DNA of 64,000 bases from an uncultured archaeon (GTDB lineage: Archaea; Thermoproteota; Bathyarchaeia; Bathyarchaeales; Bathycorpusculaceae): assembly GCA_963810275.1 (NCBI GenBank), contig CAWENF010000002.1, forward strand, positions 96,001 through 160,000. Reading direction: 5' to 3'. The notes below the pieces were generated by a model. It saw only the letters and a program-made list of their open reading frames with translations, was not told the DNA's origin and did no database searches. A program made the position numbers and the translations under genes. Of the stretch, positions 10,727-21,658 are shown piece after piece. The first letter of the stretch is position 1, and each line of letters opens with the position of its first letter.

Positions 10727-10923
10727 CTAACGTGCGACATACTGACTTGTAGGGTATTCTATGTTTTTTTCAAGCAAAATCTTCAGATTTTTTTCTATTG
10801 ACAACTTTTCATTAATTCTCTCTTAATCGTTAAAACCGCAAACCCACCCCTTAGCTCATGTAAACCAGCTTGCTCTAAAAACTAATTAGCACCAAACAAC
10901 AAATTATTCTAAAAAGTGACAAC

Positions 10924-12520
10924 ATGAATGCTGATGGCCACAGGTTTCGCGATGCAATAATTGAATTCTTACCAGACGCCACATTTGTCATTGACTTAAA
11001 CGGCAAAGTCATCATGTGGAATAGTGCAATGGAAATGCTAACCAGCATACCCCGAAACGACATACTTGGCAAAGCAGATTATGAATACGCCATCCCATTC
11101 TACAAAGAACGCCGACCAATGCTGGCTAACCTAATTTTCATGCTCGAAGCAGAGATCGAAAAAAAATATGACATAGTTGAACGCATCGGCGACACGTTGG
11201 TTGTTGAGATTTTTATCCCAGACTTTCGAGAGGGCGGTGCATATCTTTGGGCTAAAGCAAGCCCGCTCTATGATTCACAAGGAGAAATCGTCGGCGCCAT
11301 CGAGACAATCAGGGATATCACTGACAAAAAACGAGCCGAAGAAGAGATTATTCGGTCACGCCGCAGCCTTGCCGACATCCTAAGTTTCCTGCCTGACGCC
11401 ACGTTTGTCATAGACTTGGAAGGCAAAGTAATCGCGTGGAACAGCGCAATGGAGATGTTAACCAGCATACCAGCAGATGCTATGCTTGGAAAAGGCAACT
11501 ACGAGTATGCCATTCCATTCTACAAGAAACGCAGGCCAATGCTCGCAGACTTGGTTTTCATGCCGCAAGAGGATATAGAAAAGAACTACAACATCGTGGA
11601 GCGCAACGTGGATACGCTGGTTGTTGACGTTTTTATTCCAGATTTTCGAGAGGGCGGAGCTTACTTCTGGGCGAAGGCAAGTCCACTTTATGACCCAACC
11701 ACTGGGAAAGTTATTGGCGCTATCGAAACTATACGGGACATAACTGAACGCCGTGAGATAGAGGGACGGCTTGCCCGTTCAAAAGCCGAACTCCAGATCG
11801 CCGCGGAAATACAGAAAAGCTTTCTACCAGAGGCGATTCCGCAGATCCCAAGCGTAGATATCGCAGCTCGAACCGTCATGGCAAAGGAGGTCGGAGGAGA
11901 CTTCTTTGACGTAATCCCCTATGAAGTTATGACGCTGGAGGGTGGCATGCATGGGCTACTTGTTGCTGATGTCTCGGGAAAAGGCATCCCCGCTGCGCTG
12001 TTTATGGCGCTGTCAAGAATTGTGGTTCGGGTGAACGCGCTCCGGCATCGCGACCCCGCCAGAGTAATTTACGATTCCAATAACACGATAACCCAAGACT
12101 CAAAATCCGGAATGTTTGTAACCCTCTTTTTGGGTTTGTTGAACGAGAAAAACCGGTCCTTGACCTATGTTAATGCCGGTCATAATCCTCCAGTGTTATT
12201 CAGAAGCCAATACACAAACGGTTGAGAAGCTTCCGCCAACAGGAATTGCTATCGGCGCCTTAGAGAACGTAGAATACAAATCCCGAAGCATAAACATCGA
12301 AAAAGACGATGTTGTGGTAATGTACACGGATGGTGTTACTGAGGCAATCAATTCACAGCAGGACATGTTTGGGGAAAAGCGACTTATCGAATTAATTGAG
12401 AAAAATGCACATCTTTCGTCACAGGGGATTCTGGAAAAGATTTTGTCATATGTGAAAGAGTTTGCTGGGGATATGCCACAGGCTGATGACATCACATTAC
12501 TTATTATTAAAGGGATCTGA
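10924..12520 (+). CDS. rsbU: PAS-PAS-PP2C (SpoIIE/RsbU-type) phosphatase; frameshift near 12205
   Basis: Two near-identical PAS/PAC repeats; EVGGDFFD, VADVSGKG, MFVT and NAGHNPP in frame 1; MYTDGVTEA and QADDIT in ORF 12167-12520. Confidence 0.88.
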
Positions 12521-12524
12521 CGCG

Positions 12525-12971
12525 ATGCCAAGTGAAAAAGTAAAGACAAACGATGAAAAGTTTGAACTTACAGTAGACAGTAAACTAGAAAGCCTCCCTA
12601 AAATAGGCGATTTCTTAGATGAAACAATGCAGCACTACAAGATACAGAACTTAAAAGACAGATACGCAGTCCAATTATCGGTTGATGAAGCATGCACAAA
12701 CATAATCAACCATGCATACACAGACAAAAACGAGGGAAAGATCGCGATTCGCTGCGTGATGGCGGATAAAAAATTCGTTGTAAACATAATTGATTGGGGA
12801 AAACCCTTTGATCCCACTGCTAAACCAAAACCCGATACTGAAAGCGGCTTGGATGAACGAAAAGCAGGCGGGTTAGGAATATTTTTTATAAGAAAATTCA
12901 TGGACGAAGTAAGCTACAGTCGTAGCGATTGTATGAATTTATTAACAATAGCTAAGTATATACGAAAATAG
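12525..12971 (+). CDS. rsbW: Anti-sigma-factor-type Ser/Thr kinase (RsbW/SpoIIAB-like HATPase_c)
   Basis: DEACTNIINHAY, DWGKPFDP, GGLGIFFIRKFMDEV. Confidence 0.9.
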   Translation: MPSEKVKTNDEKFELTVDSKLESLPKIGDFLDETMQHYKIQNLKDRYAVQLSVDEACTNIINHAYTDKNEGKIAIRCVMADKKFVVNIIDWGKPFDPTAKPKPDTESGLDERKAGGLGIFFIRKFMDEVSYSRSDCMNLLTIAKYIRK

Positions 12972-12973
12972 TC

Positions 12974-13321
12974 ATGATGGCGAGTGATATGGAAGTAAAA
13001 ACAGAAGAAGACCTAACAACGGTAGTAATTGTGTCCAGATTTGACGCTTATACTGCCAGCGACGTAGAGACAGCCTTGAAAGATTTAATTGGGAAAGGTG
13101 CTAAAAAAATAATCTGTGATTTTTCCCAGACCGAGTATGTAGCCAGCGCTGGTCTGAGAGTTCTTCTGTCTTCAGCTAAAATCCTACAAAAATGCGGCGG
13201 CCAGATAGTAATGGCTTCTATGAAGCCCTACGTACGTGAAGTTTTCGATATATCAGGTTTCACCCAGATTTTTAAGGTATTTGATTCCCAAGAGGAAGCC
13301 TTGCAAACACTAAACAAATGA
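12974..13321 (+). CDS. rsbV: STAS-domain anti-anti-sigma factor (RsbV/SpoIIAA-like)
   Basis: RFDAYTA, DFSQTEYVASAGLRVL with the phospho-acceptor Ser, VFDISGF. Confidence 0.9.
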   Translation: MMASDMEVKTEEDLTTVVIVSRFDAYTASDVETALKDLIGKGAKKIICDFSQTEYVASAGLRVLLSSAKILQKCGGQIVMASMKPYVREVFDISGFTQIFKVFDSQEEALQTLNK

Positions 13322-13337
13322 TAAAGGGTACGGTTTC

Positions 13338-14612
13338 ATGTCAACTATAAAGTCCGAAGCCCAACGATGCCTAAAATGCAAGGTGCCAGGATGCGCAAAA
13401 GGGTGTCCCGTTTCAACACCTGTTCCACAGGTTACAACTTTGTTTTTGGAGGGCAAACTGCGAGAAGCAGGCGAGGTACTGTTCAACAACAATCCCTTAT
13501 CAGCCGTAACCTCCATCATATGCCCTCATGACAGAAACTGCAAAGGTAACTGCATACTGGGCAAAAAACTCCAGCCAGTTGAGTTCTATAAAATAGAGCA
13601 GTACATTTCTCGCTTCTACATAGAAACCTTTCAACCGCCGCAGATACAAAAAAACGGCAAAAAAGTCGGTGTGGTAGGTGCAGGCCCAGCAGGAATAACC
13701 ATGAGCATAATTCTAGCCCTGAGAGGCTACTCCATCACCTTATTTGACGCAAGGGACAGCATCGGCGGCACCTTACGGTATGGTATTCCGGACTTCAGAC
13801 TTCCTAAAAACATACTTGACTTGTACAAAGAAATCCTTGATGACCTCGGCGTCAAGTTCCGACCAAACACTCGAATAGGTACAAACCTCTCGACCGAAGA
13901 CATGTTAATGGACGGATATGATGCCATCTTTATCGCTACGGGAACTGGCAGACCTAATCGGCTGGGTCTGTTAGGTGAAACATTGGGACATGTGCATTAT
14001 GCCATTGACTATTTGAAGTCTCCTGACGCCTACAAACTAGGCAAAAAAATCGCTATTGTCGGCGCTGGAAACGTCGGCATGGACGCCGCCAGAACAGCCA
14101 TCAGAAAAGAGCACTCAGAGGTCACCATCCTAAATTGTAGGTGCCCCGAAGATGTGAGGGCAGATAAAGCAGAAGTAGAAATGGCATTAATTGACGGCGT
14201 AAAAATTCTCCACCAATGCCAAGTTGTCAGGATCGCAGATGACTTTATCAAATGCGTAAAAGTGGACAAAGTTGCCAACGAAGATGGCACTATTAGTTTT
14301 AACGAGAATTTCCAAGATTCATTTGAGATACCAGCGGATTCTGTCATCTTAGCAATCGGTCAGGGCCCGGGTGCAGATGTAGGTAGCGTTGGCAGCGTAG
14401 AAGTAACCCAGAGAGGGCTTTTACAGGTTGACGAATGTGGCAGAACATCACAAAAAGGTGTTTTTGCAGCAGGTGACATCGTTACTGGCCCCAAGACAGT
14501 CATTGAAGCGGTGGCCTTTGCTAAGACAGCAGCGGAAAAAATTCATGACTACTCAACAACACCAAGTTACTGTTTTAGTGGTATAGTCGTTTGTAGAGTT
14601 TCAAAGGATTAG
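13338..14612 (+). CDS. GltD/SudA-like NAD(P)-dependent Fe-S flavoprotein
   Basis: EAQRCLKCKVPGCAKGCP, ICPHDRNCKGNC, VGAGPAG, YGIPDFRLP, GAGNVGMD, FAAGD. Confidence 0.88.
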   Translation: MSTIKSEAQRCLKCKVPGCAKGCPVSTPVPQVTTLFLEGKLREAGEVLFNNNPLSAVTSIICPHDRNCKGNCILGKKLQPVEFYKIEQYISRFYIETFQPPQIQKNGKKVGVVGAGPAGITMSIILALRGYSITLFDARDSIGGTLRYGIPDFRLPKNILDLYKEILDDLGVKFRPNTRIGTNLSTEDMLMDGYDAIFIATGTGRPNRLGLLGETLGHVHYAIDYLKSPDAYKLGKKIAIVGAGNVGMDAARTAIRKEHSEVTILNCRCPEDVRADKAEVEMALIDGVKILHQCQVVRIADDFIKCVKVDKVANEDGTISFNENFQDSFEIPADSVILAIGQGPGADVGSVGSVEVTQRGLLQVDECGRTSQKGVFAAGDIVTGPKTVIEAVAFAKTAAEKIHDYSTTPSYCFSGIVVCRVSKD

Positions 14613-14971
14613 CGGCTTAAAACGTTTTTTGTAGCCACCACATCAACACCAGTACCAAATAGGTCAAGTATGACTGGGTCACCAATGCGTATTGGGGCTT
14701 CAACCTCGACTTTTGCCAACAAATCCATAGCTTCAAAAAGTCGAGCTTTAGGGATCGGCTTGTTTGTCCTCACACTAACCAAAGGAACAGCGCCATTTTT
14801 CACTGCAACCGTAGTCGTTAAGGTGCGTTCAGGGTTGGAAATTTCTTTTTGGGCATATTCCACCCCAACTTTGCATCTGTTCCCGCTAACGCCACTTACA
14901 GTACTCCCCGCGTAATCTACTGTAAGACTGCAGCCCATAGGGCAGCCGATACAGACAATTTCCTGTCTCAT
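14609..14971 (-). CDS. DUF1667-like CxxC metal-binding protein
   Basis: CIGCPMGC, GNRCKVG, PERTLTTTV, VSVRTNKPIPK; third gene of the GlpA-like triad. Confidence 0.85.
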   Translation of the reverse strand: MRQEIVCIGCPMGCSLTVDYAGSTVSGVSGNRCKVGVEYAQKEISNPERTLTTTVAVKNGAVPLVSVRTNKPIPKARLFEAMDLLAKVEVEAPIRIGDPVILDLFGTGVDVVATKNVLSR

Positions 14972-16231
14972 TTCCGTAAAACCTCCACTTTAAACGAACC
15001 AACAGAACGGGTTTCGCTTCCCGCCAATTTGATCTTAATCATCTGGGCAGGATGAACCTTACGGAACTTCACTTGCTTAAACAAGGTCTTCCCCATCAAA
15101 AAATCCTATACTGACATTTTCTTCGGGGGTTGTCACGCGAATTGACAACTCAATATCAACGCCGACACAAATGCTTTGGGGTAACACATACCGAACCCCA
15201 TCTCCCACCTCTACGGGCAGTCTATTCACCCCACAAACTCGTCCATAAACATAATTTGCAGCGTTTTTACCCGCCCTCTGAGACTCAAGAGAAACAAAAT
15301 CCACTACGTCATGAACATGCAAAGCGTTTCCACAAGCAAAAACTCCTGGCACTGAGGTTTCAAGGTTTTCGTCAACGACGGCACCTCCTGTAATGGGGCT
15401 GAGATGGACGCCACAGTTCCTTGACAGATCATTTTCGGGAATCAAACCCACCGATAGCAGAAGGGTATCACAGAGTATTTTCTGCTCTTTTCCCTCAATC
15501 GGTCTTAGGTCTTTGCCTACTTGAGAAATTGTGATGGCTTCAACTCTGCCTTTGCCGTGGATTTCGGTAACGGTATGGGACAGGTAAAGCGGGATGTCGT
15601 AGTCAATTAGGCACTGTTGGATGTTTCGGGGCAAACCATTAGTGTGCGAGAGGATTTCGACTACAGCGTGAACTTTGGCTCCTTCCAATGTTAGCCTGCG
15701 AGCCATAATCAAGCCGATATCGCCCGAACCCAAAATAACCACATTTTTGCCGACCATTACGTTTTTCAGGTTAATCAGATTTTGAGCAACCCCAGCAGTG
15801 TAGACGCCGGCGGGCCTTGTTCCGGGAATGCAAATTTGTCCGCGAGTTCGTTCACGACACCCCATGGCAAGAATGATAGCTTTTGCGTCAAAACAGAACA
15901 AGCCCTTAGTAGAAGCAACAAACACCTGTTTTTGGGGGGTGATTTCTAGCACCATGCTGCTAAGCATATACGGAATTTTCAGATTCTCGAATTCGTCGAT
16001 ATATCTTTGCGCGTATTCAGGACCAGTCAATTGCTCTTTAAAAAGTTCGAGACCGAAACCATCATGGATACACTGAGGCAGAATGCCGCCTAGCCAATCG
16101 TTACGCTCCACAACCACCAAGTTTTGAACCCCGTTTTTCCGTGCGCTAATTGCAGCAGCTAACCCCGCTGGACCCCCGCCGACCACAACCAAATCAACCT
16201 TCCGCTCTGATAATTCAGTCACGTTTGTCAC
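14968..16231 (-). CDS. FAD/NAD(P)-dependent oxidoreductase; C-terminus frameshifted near 15080
   Basis: GGGPAG, GGILPQCIHDGFG, LTGPEYA, ILAMGCRER, FACGN; the alternative frame continues KQVKFRKVHPAQMIKIKL...LRK* overlapping the next ATG. Confidence 0.85.
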
Positions 16232-17690
16232 CCTCCCGCAAGCTCTTGGTTTTACCTACAAACAAATGAGAATCCGCAGACTTCAACTTAATTTCTTCTG
16301 TAGGTATGCCATATTCCTCTTTTAGTATCTCTATGATTTTAGGTAAACAGAAACCTCCTTGGCACCTGCCCATCCCTGCGCGGGTACGGTACTTCACAGA
16401 TGCAAGTGTTTTCTCCGAAATCGGGTTGTTTAACGCTTCTAGGACTTCCTGCTTGGATACGTGTTCGCATCGACAGATTATTTCGCCATAATTTGAGTTT
16501 TGGCTAATCAAAGCTGCCTGGTCTAATCGTGAGGCTTCGCCAAAAGCAGTAGTTCCTTTGCGGATGAGTTTAAAATCGGTTTTCTCTTTCAGATCCATTT
16601 TTTGACTAATCATTTGAACAACCATTTTTGCGATGGCAGGTGAAGCTGTGAGACCAGGTGACTCCATGCCTATTAGATTTATGAAGTTTTCAGCGTCTTC
16701 TTTTATAATGAAGTCACGGGAGCCTTTCTCTTCCGGGGAAGTAATCTTGGATCTCACCGAAGAGAATCCACCAATAATTTGATTCAGAGGAACTGATGGG
16801 AGCAGATTCTTGGCGCCATCAATTAGTTGCTGAACTTTTTCTTTGGTGGTTTTGGTGTCTTCCCGTTCGCTTATGAATTCTTCGCTGGGTCCAATCAATA
16901 TGTTTCCATCCAAAGTCGTGGTCAAATGAACGCCCAAGACACCAGCGATTTTCGGAGGAACCGGATAGGCAGGAGCGTTAATCAGGTTACGGCAGTTCTT
17001 GTCCAAAATCAAGTATTCACCGCGGCAAGGGTAAAGTTTGTAGTCACCAATGCCTGCCATAGCGGAGATTTTGTCTGCATACAAACCCGCACTATTCACA
17101 ACAAAGTTAGAGCGCCAGACACCCTGATTTGTCGTGACCTCAAACTCGCCTTCTGCTTGTGTTATAGCGGATACTTCGGTGTTGATGTGGACTTTCACAC
17201 CATTGCTTTGAGCGTTCTCTGCTAAGGCGATAGTCAAAAGGTAAGGGGAAACGATGCCGGCCACAGGCGAATACAACGCGTAGAGGGCGTCAAGGTTTGG
17301 TTCTCTTTTCTTGAGTTCAGATCCCGAAATTATCTCTAATCCCTGCACGCCGTTTGCTTCGCCTACAGCTTTTATTGCTTCTAAGTCTTTTAGTTCAGCT
17401 TCGGTTCGGGCAAGCACATGTTTTCCACAGATTTTACAGGGCACATCAAGCTGCCTGGTTAATTCGGGGTACATAAGGCGACCCTCAACACATAATTTGG
17501 CTTTCAGACTACCCTTTGGGTAGTAAAGACCAGTGTGGAGGACGCCGCTGTTGCCTTTACTGACACCAGAGCCGACGTCGATTTCCTTGTCCAGCAGCAC
17601 TGTTCGAATTTTATATTTTGACATTTCCCGTGCGATTGCGCAACCAACTACGCCAGCGCCTATCACTAACACGTCACATCTGTGGTTCAC
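16215..17690 (-). CDS. Glycerol-3-phosphate dehydrogenase/L-2-hydroxyglutarate oxidase-like flavoprotein with BFD-like [2Fe-2S] domain
   Basis: IGAGVVG, SKGNSGVLH, ESPGLTASPAIA, CRCE...RAGMGRCQGGFC. Confidence 0.88.
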   Translation of the reverse strand: MNHRCDVLVIGAGVVGCAIAREMSKYKIRTVLLDKEIDVGSGVSKGNSGVLHTGLYYPKGSLKAKLCVEGRLMYPELTRQLDVPCKICGKHVLARTEAELKDLEAIKAVGEANGVQGLEIISGSELKKREPNLDALYALYSPVAGIVSPYLLTIALAENAQSNGVKVHINTEVSAITQAEGEFEVTTNQGVWRSNFVVNSAGLYADKISAMAGIGDYKLYPCRGEYLILDKNCRNLINAPAYPVPPKIAGVLGVHLTTTLDGNILIGPSEEFISEREDTKTTKEKVQQLIDGAKNLLPSVPLNQIIGGFSSVRSKITSPEEKGSRDFIIKEDAENFINLIGMESPGLTASPAIAKMVVQMISQKMDLKEKTDFKLIRKGTTAFGEASRLDQAALISQNSNYGEIICRCEHVSKQEVLEALNNPISEKTLASVKYRTRAGMGRCQGGFCLPKIIEILKEEYGIPTEEIKLKSADSHLFVGKTKSLREGDKRD

Positions 17691-17900
17691 TGCGAGTCAT
17701 CCTACTAAGTAGCTATAGAGAAGAAGACAATGGTCTGTTAAGATAAAAATTATCCTCAAAAAATTTGGTTTTGGAGGTTTATCCAAGTGATAAAATGGTG
17801 ACAGGAAATCCAAATGCCACATACATTTTTATCTTAATCTTGGTTAGTTTACTTTGAGGTGCTTGTTTTGCAAAATGATTTTGATTTAGAAGACTTTAAC

Positions 17901-18149
17901 ATGATCGATTTTGACGCGAAGAAAGTTTTGGAAACGCTCGCCGAGTTTGACCAAGGACAATATGTGAGCGGCAACCAAATCCATAAAAAAACAGGTTTAC
18001 TCCCTGAAATCATAAACAAAGCAGTCAAAGTATTGGAGAAGTCGCTACTCATAAACAACCCTTCTATTTCAAGGGATAAACCGCCTTACGAGTTTTATGC
18101 TGTTGAGATAACTGATTTTGGGCGGCAAGTTCTAGAGAAATACGGCTAA
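17901..18149 (+). CDS. Small winged-helix-like hypothetical protein
   Basis: IHKKTGL...INKAVKVLEK...VEITDFGRQVL wing pattern. Confidence 0.55.
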   Translation: MIDFDAKKVLETLAEFDQGQYVSGNQIHKKTGLLPEIINKAVKVLEKSLLINNPSISRDKPPYEFYAVEITDFGRQVLEKYG

Positions 18150-18247
18150 CCATAGGCGCTATATACAAGTAAAAAAAGAAAAGACACTGGAAGGCTCCAC
18201 GGCTAACGGGAAAAAGAAGAATAATAAAACCCAGTTTCCGTCAAGAG

Positions 18248-18672
18248 TCACCTAAACGCACCCAAGATAACATTAACTCGGATAAATCGCCGCGTTTGAG
18301 CTGCTATGTTGCCTTTTTTGCTTATTATGGTTCTGGTGACAGTTTCAATGTAGGTTACTTTAACGTTTTCTACGTTAAAGTGAACTATAGCGTGCCTTGA
18401 TTGCCGTTTGTAGAGCAACATGGATGTTGTAGCTTGTGAAGTTACTATGCCGTCCGCTTGAACTAAATTTTTGACGACCGATGAATTTGGGTCACAGCGT
18501 CATTAAAGATGCGACAACAGAGTCTGCTGATAGGATGTTACTTACTGTTGCGTTTTAGTGGTTGAGTCGTCAACCGTATCTTCTGAGGCAAGGTTGGTAA
18601 CTGCAAACAACACCATGACTACACTTACGCTGCAGAGTAACACAAAGGCTATTGCGGCTAGTTTTTATTCAT
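18248..18672 (-). pseudogene. Multiply frameshifted secreted-protein gene (not in ORF track)
   Basis: Minus strand begins MNKKLAAIAFVLLCSVSVVMVLFAVTNLAS (signal-peptide-like) after SD-like GGTGGTG; coding-like fragments continue across frame changes. Confidence 0.35.
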
Positions 18673-18810
18673 TTTACACCACCTAAACAATTTTAGAATT
18701 GAAAAACACATTATTTTACAATTTTTCAGAATTAAACCCAGAAGCTGATTTTCCCAAATCAGCCCAGAATCGGCAAAACAAAAAATGACACAAAAGAAAT
18801 TGAATGCTAC

Positions 18811-19215
18811 CTACTGGGTGAAGTAGTCTTTTAGCGGATTCCAGTAGAAGTCAAGCCAGCCTTCCGCTAGTTCGTCGGCTTTCTCCTTAGGCACATCCGA
18901 GTGAACCATGCAAAGTTCCGTTCCGCCAGACACCGCTTTAAAGGTCAACTCCAACCTTGAAGCGCTATAGCCCTCAACCCAGTCAGTGGTTGACCACTCC
19001 TGCACTACGCGCTGCCCATCTTCAAGCTCAAGGTACCTGCCAAATATGTAGCCATCCCAAGCCGTAAATTTGCCGCCCACAACAGGTTTGCCTTCGGCTT
19101 CACTGCCGGTGAATTCAGCCAGCTTTTTTGGGTCCACATAGGCGTCGTAGACCTGTTTAGGGGACGCTTTGGGAATTACGATCGTTTGTTTGATGGTTTT
19201 TAGTTGTTGCTTCAA
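18811..19215 (-). CDS. SRPBCC/AHSA1 (Aha1 C-terminal-like) domain protein
   Basis: ASPKQVYDAY, GGKFTAWDGYIFG, VVQEW, GWLDFYW. Confidence 0.88.
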   Translation of the reverse strand: MKQQLKTIKQTIVIPKASPKQVYDAYVDPKKLAEFTGSEAEGKPVVGGKFTAWDGYIFGRYLELEDGQRVVQEWSTTDWVEGYSASRLELTFKAVSGGTELCMVHSDVPKEKADELAEGWLDFYWNPLKDYFTQ

Positions 19216-19541
19216 TCTCTCACGCTAATAAGAGTGTATTGTTGGAAGGGTTTTTAACCTTTAACGCCATTTCCACGTTTATGGGAAGATGTACAAGAAC
19301 CATCGGTGAACGTCGGTTGGGCAGAACCATCTATAAGCTGGGCAACAGTGTGGAGCTCAGCAGCAAAGAAGGAAAGGCCAAACTATCTGAGCAGAAGCTG
19401 CAAAAAGAAGTGCAGACAACTCAGGGCAATGCAGAAGATTCACCAATTGAGGATCTGCGTGACGCAGCAAAACGTCAGAAAAAAGACTCTTAGCCGACTC
19501 TACAGTTTACAGCAACATTAAACAGCAGCCTAACCAATTTT

Positions 19542-19904
19542 ATGTTGGTGGATATTTTGTTTACAGAAAAACAATGGATTTTTCGCTATACTGATAAACG
19601 GTTAGTTACGATTAAAGCCAAAAGCGCTGATGTCCGCAAAATAGCGGTTTTAGATGTTCTCACAAAATTGACGTTTGCCGTTGAAGTACCGCAGGAAATT
19701 GATCTTGAGAGCCTCAAAACTGGAAAAGACTACATGTTTGACTTGAAAATTTATACTTCAAAAGATGTGGGGGGTGTAGAAGGGGAATTTGTTGCTTTCT
19801 TTGAAGCTGGCGACATAAACCAGAATATAGAGGATTTCATTAGAGCTTACTGGGTTTATCCAAAAAAAATCCGCTTTGACCTCGCCGAGGTAGAAGAAGC
19901 CTAA
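19542..19904 (+). CDS. Hypothetical protein (paralog A)
   Basis: 120 aa ORF aligning over its full length with the 20344-20699 paralog. Confidence 0.7.
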   Translation: MLVDILFTEKQWIFRYTDKRLVTIKAKSADVRKIAVLDVLTKLTFAVEVPQEIDLESLKTGKDYMFDLKIYTSKDVGGVEGEFVAFFEAGDINQNIEDFIRAYWVYPKKIRFDLAEVEEA

Positions 19905-20343
19905 CCGACGTTTATTTTGCAATGCATATATTGAATTAGCCTAATCCAGAATTGCCCAGCCTCATGATATCCGCAGTAAAAATAATCCCAATATCCCTAG
20001 CCAAAGAGTCCCAGCCAAGAAAATTGAAAATGCAAGCCAAGAAGGCATATGGCAAAGACAAACCACAACAGCGAAAGCATTCACAATGCACTCTGACCTT
20101 AGAGGGTAAACCTCTTGCACAGCTATAACTACGAACACATTTGTCAAAGGGCAGTTATACAAGTTAATTTTGAGCCAGAAGTTTATCTTTAATCTGTTTG
20201 GGTGATGTTAAAAAAACTCTTTTGACTGACCGCTAAAGGACTGATTGCAAAAAGCCTATCTTAAACCACCCTTCGCATTTTTATTTCTATATTTACCTTT
20301 AGAGTTTTTAAGTTGCAGAGCTAATATCTTCTTTAGTGATTTT

Positions 20344-20699
20344 ATGTCTACTTCTGAGAAGGATAGTAAATGGAATTTTAGGATTGTTGAGAACCGGCTC
20401 GTAACTGTTGAAACAATAAATAAGAAAACAAGAAAAATATCGGTTCAAGATTTCCAGACAAAGCTCGCGTTCATCGTGGATGCAACTACAGCAATCGAAC
20501 TAAAAGAAATCCTGCCAAAAAGACAATACCTATTTACAGTAAACGTTTACACCGCAAAGAACCTCGAAGATGTGGATGCTAATTTTATACCTTTATTTGA
20601 AGGCATAGAATTGACTATGAAACCGAAGACTTCATAAAAGCATTAAATGCTTACCCAACAAAAGTCCACTTTGAACTCGTCGAATTTACTGAACCATAA
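20344..20699 (+). CDS. Hypothetical protein (paralog B); frameshift near 20615
   Basis: WNFRIVENRLVT vs WIFRYTDKRLVT; shifted tail EDFIKALNAYPTKVHFEL matches EDFIRAYWVYPKKIRFDL of paralog A. Confidence 0.7.
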
Positions 20700-20741
20700 A
20701 CTTTAACCAAAAATTTTCCCTTAATGCACGTCTTAATCGGG

Positions 20742-21647
20742 CTATCGCAAGACCATGTTGACGAATTTTTCAGGATCAAACAATTCAAGATCCTTATAGC
20801 TTTGACCCACACCAATAAACAAAATCGGTTTGTGCGTAACAAACGTCACACTCAACGCCGAACCGCCCTTTACATCAGCATCTACCTTAGTTAGGATGGT
20901 TGCATCAATACCTACGGCTTTGTTGAATTCTTCCGCCTGCATCACCGCATCGTTACCAATCAACGAGTCCACAGTAAAAACAACCAAGTCAGGTTTAACG
21001 ACACGTCTAACCTTGATAAGTTCATTCATGAGGTTACTATTATTTTGCATTCTACCCGCCGTATCAATCAAAACAACGTTTAAACCATGCGCCTTAGCAT
21101 GACTCACTGCATCGTAAGCAACCGCCGCTGGATCGCCACCGTAGGTGCTCTTAATAACGCGCACCCCAAGCCGTTTAGCATGTTCCTCAAGCTGCTCAAT
21201 AGAGCCCGCACGATACGTATCTGCACCCGCCAAAACAACGGAGTATCTTTTATCCTGAAAAAACTTGGCAACCTTAGCAATCGTTGTAGTTTTGCCTGTG
21301 CCGTTTATGCCCACAAACATCAAAATGAGAGGCTCTTTCTTTTTACGTTTCTCCTCTGCCTTTTGCAACAAATCAATACGTACATCAGTCAACATGACAT
21401 CAAGCAAAACTTGACGAAGGTTTTCATCCACAACTTTCGTGCGGTCCTCAAGCCTTTTAACTTGAACACCCGAAAGCCGCTCTACAAGATCATCACAGAT
21501 TTTATCCGCAACAGGGAAAGCCACATCATTTTCCGCTAAACTCATTTTAAAATCGGACAAAATTGAGGTTAAATTTTCAGCTTTAAGCTCAGTTGTGGTT
21601 ACTTTGGTTACTAAACCTTTGAAACCTGACTTGAGCTTCTCAAACAT
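20742..21647 (-). CDS. ftsY: Signal recognition particle receptor FtsY
   Basis: GINGTGKTTTIAK, DTYRAGSIEQL, DTAGRMQ, TKVDADVKGG. Confidence 0.97.
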   Translation of the reverse strand: MFEKLKSGFKGLVTKVTTTELKAENLTSILSDFKMSLAENDVAFPVADKICDDLVERLSGVQVKRLEDRTKVVDENLRQVLLDVMLTDVRIDLLQKAEEKRKKKEPLILMFVGINGTGKTTTIAKVAKFFQDKRYSVVLAGADTYRAGSIEQLEEHAKRLGVRVIKSTYGGDPAAVAYDAVSHAKAHGLNVVLIDTAGRMQNNSNLMNELIKVRRVVKPDLVVFTVDSLIGNDAVMQAEEFNKAVGIDATILTKVDADVKGGSALSVTFVTHKPILFIGVGQSYKDLELFDPEKFVNMVLR

Positions 21648-21658
21648 CGCCCATCGCT

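Noticed and set aside
10960-11755. ~400-bp direct repeat as a mobile or repeat element
   Set aside because: It is the tandem PAS/PAC domain duplication within the RsbU-like gene
19239-20162. Short ORFs 19239-19493, 19306-19521 and 19962-20162
   Set aside because: No motifs or clear start signals; cannot be supported
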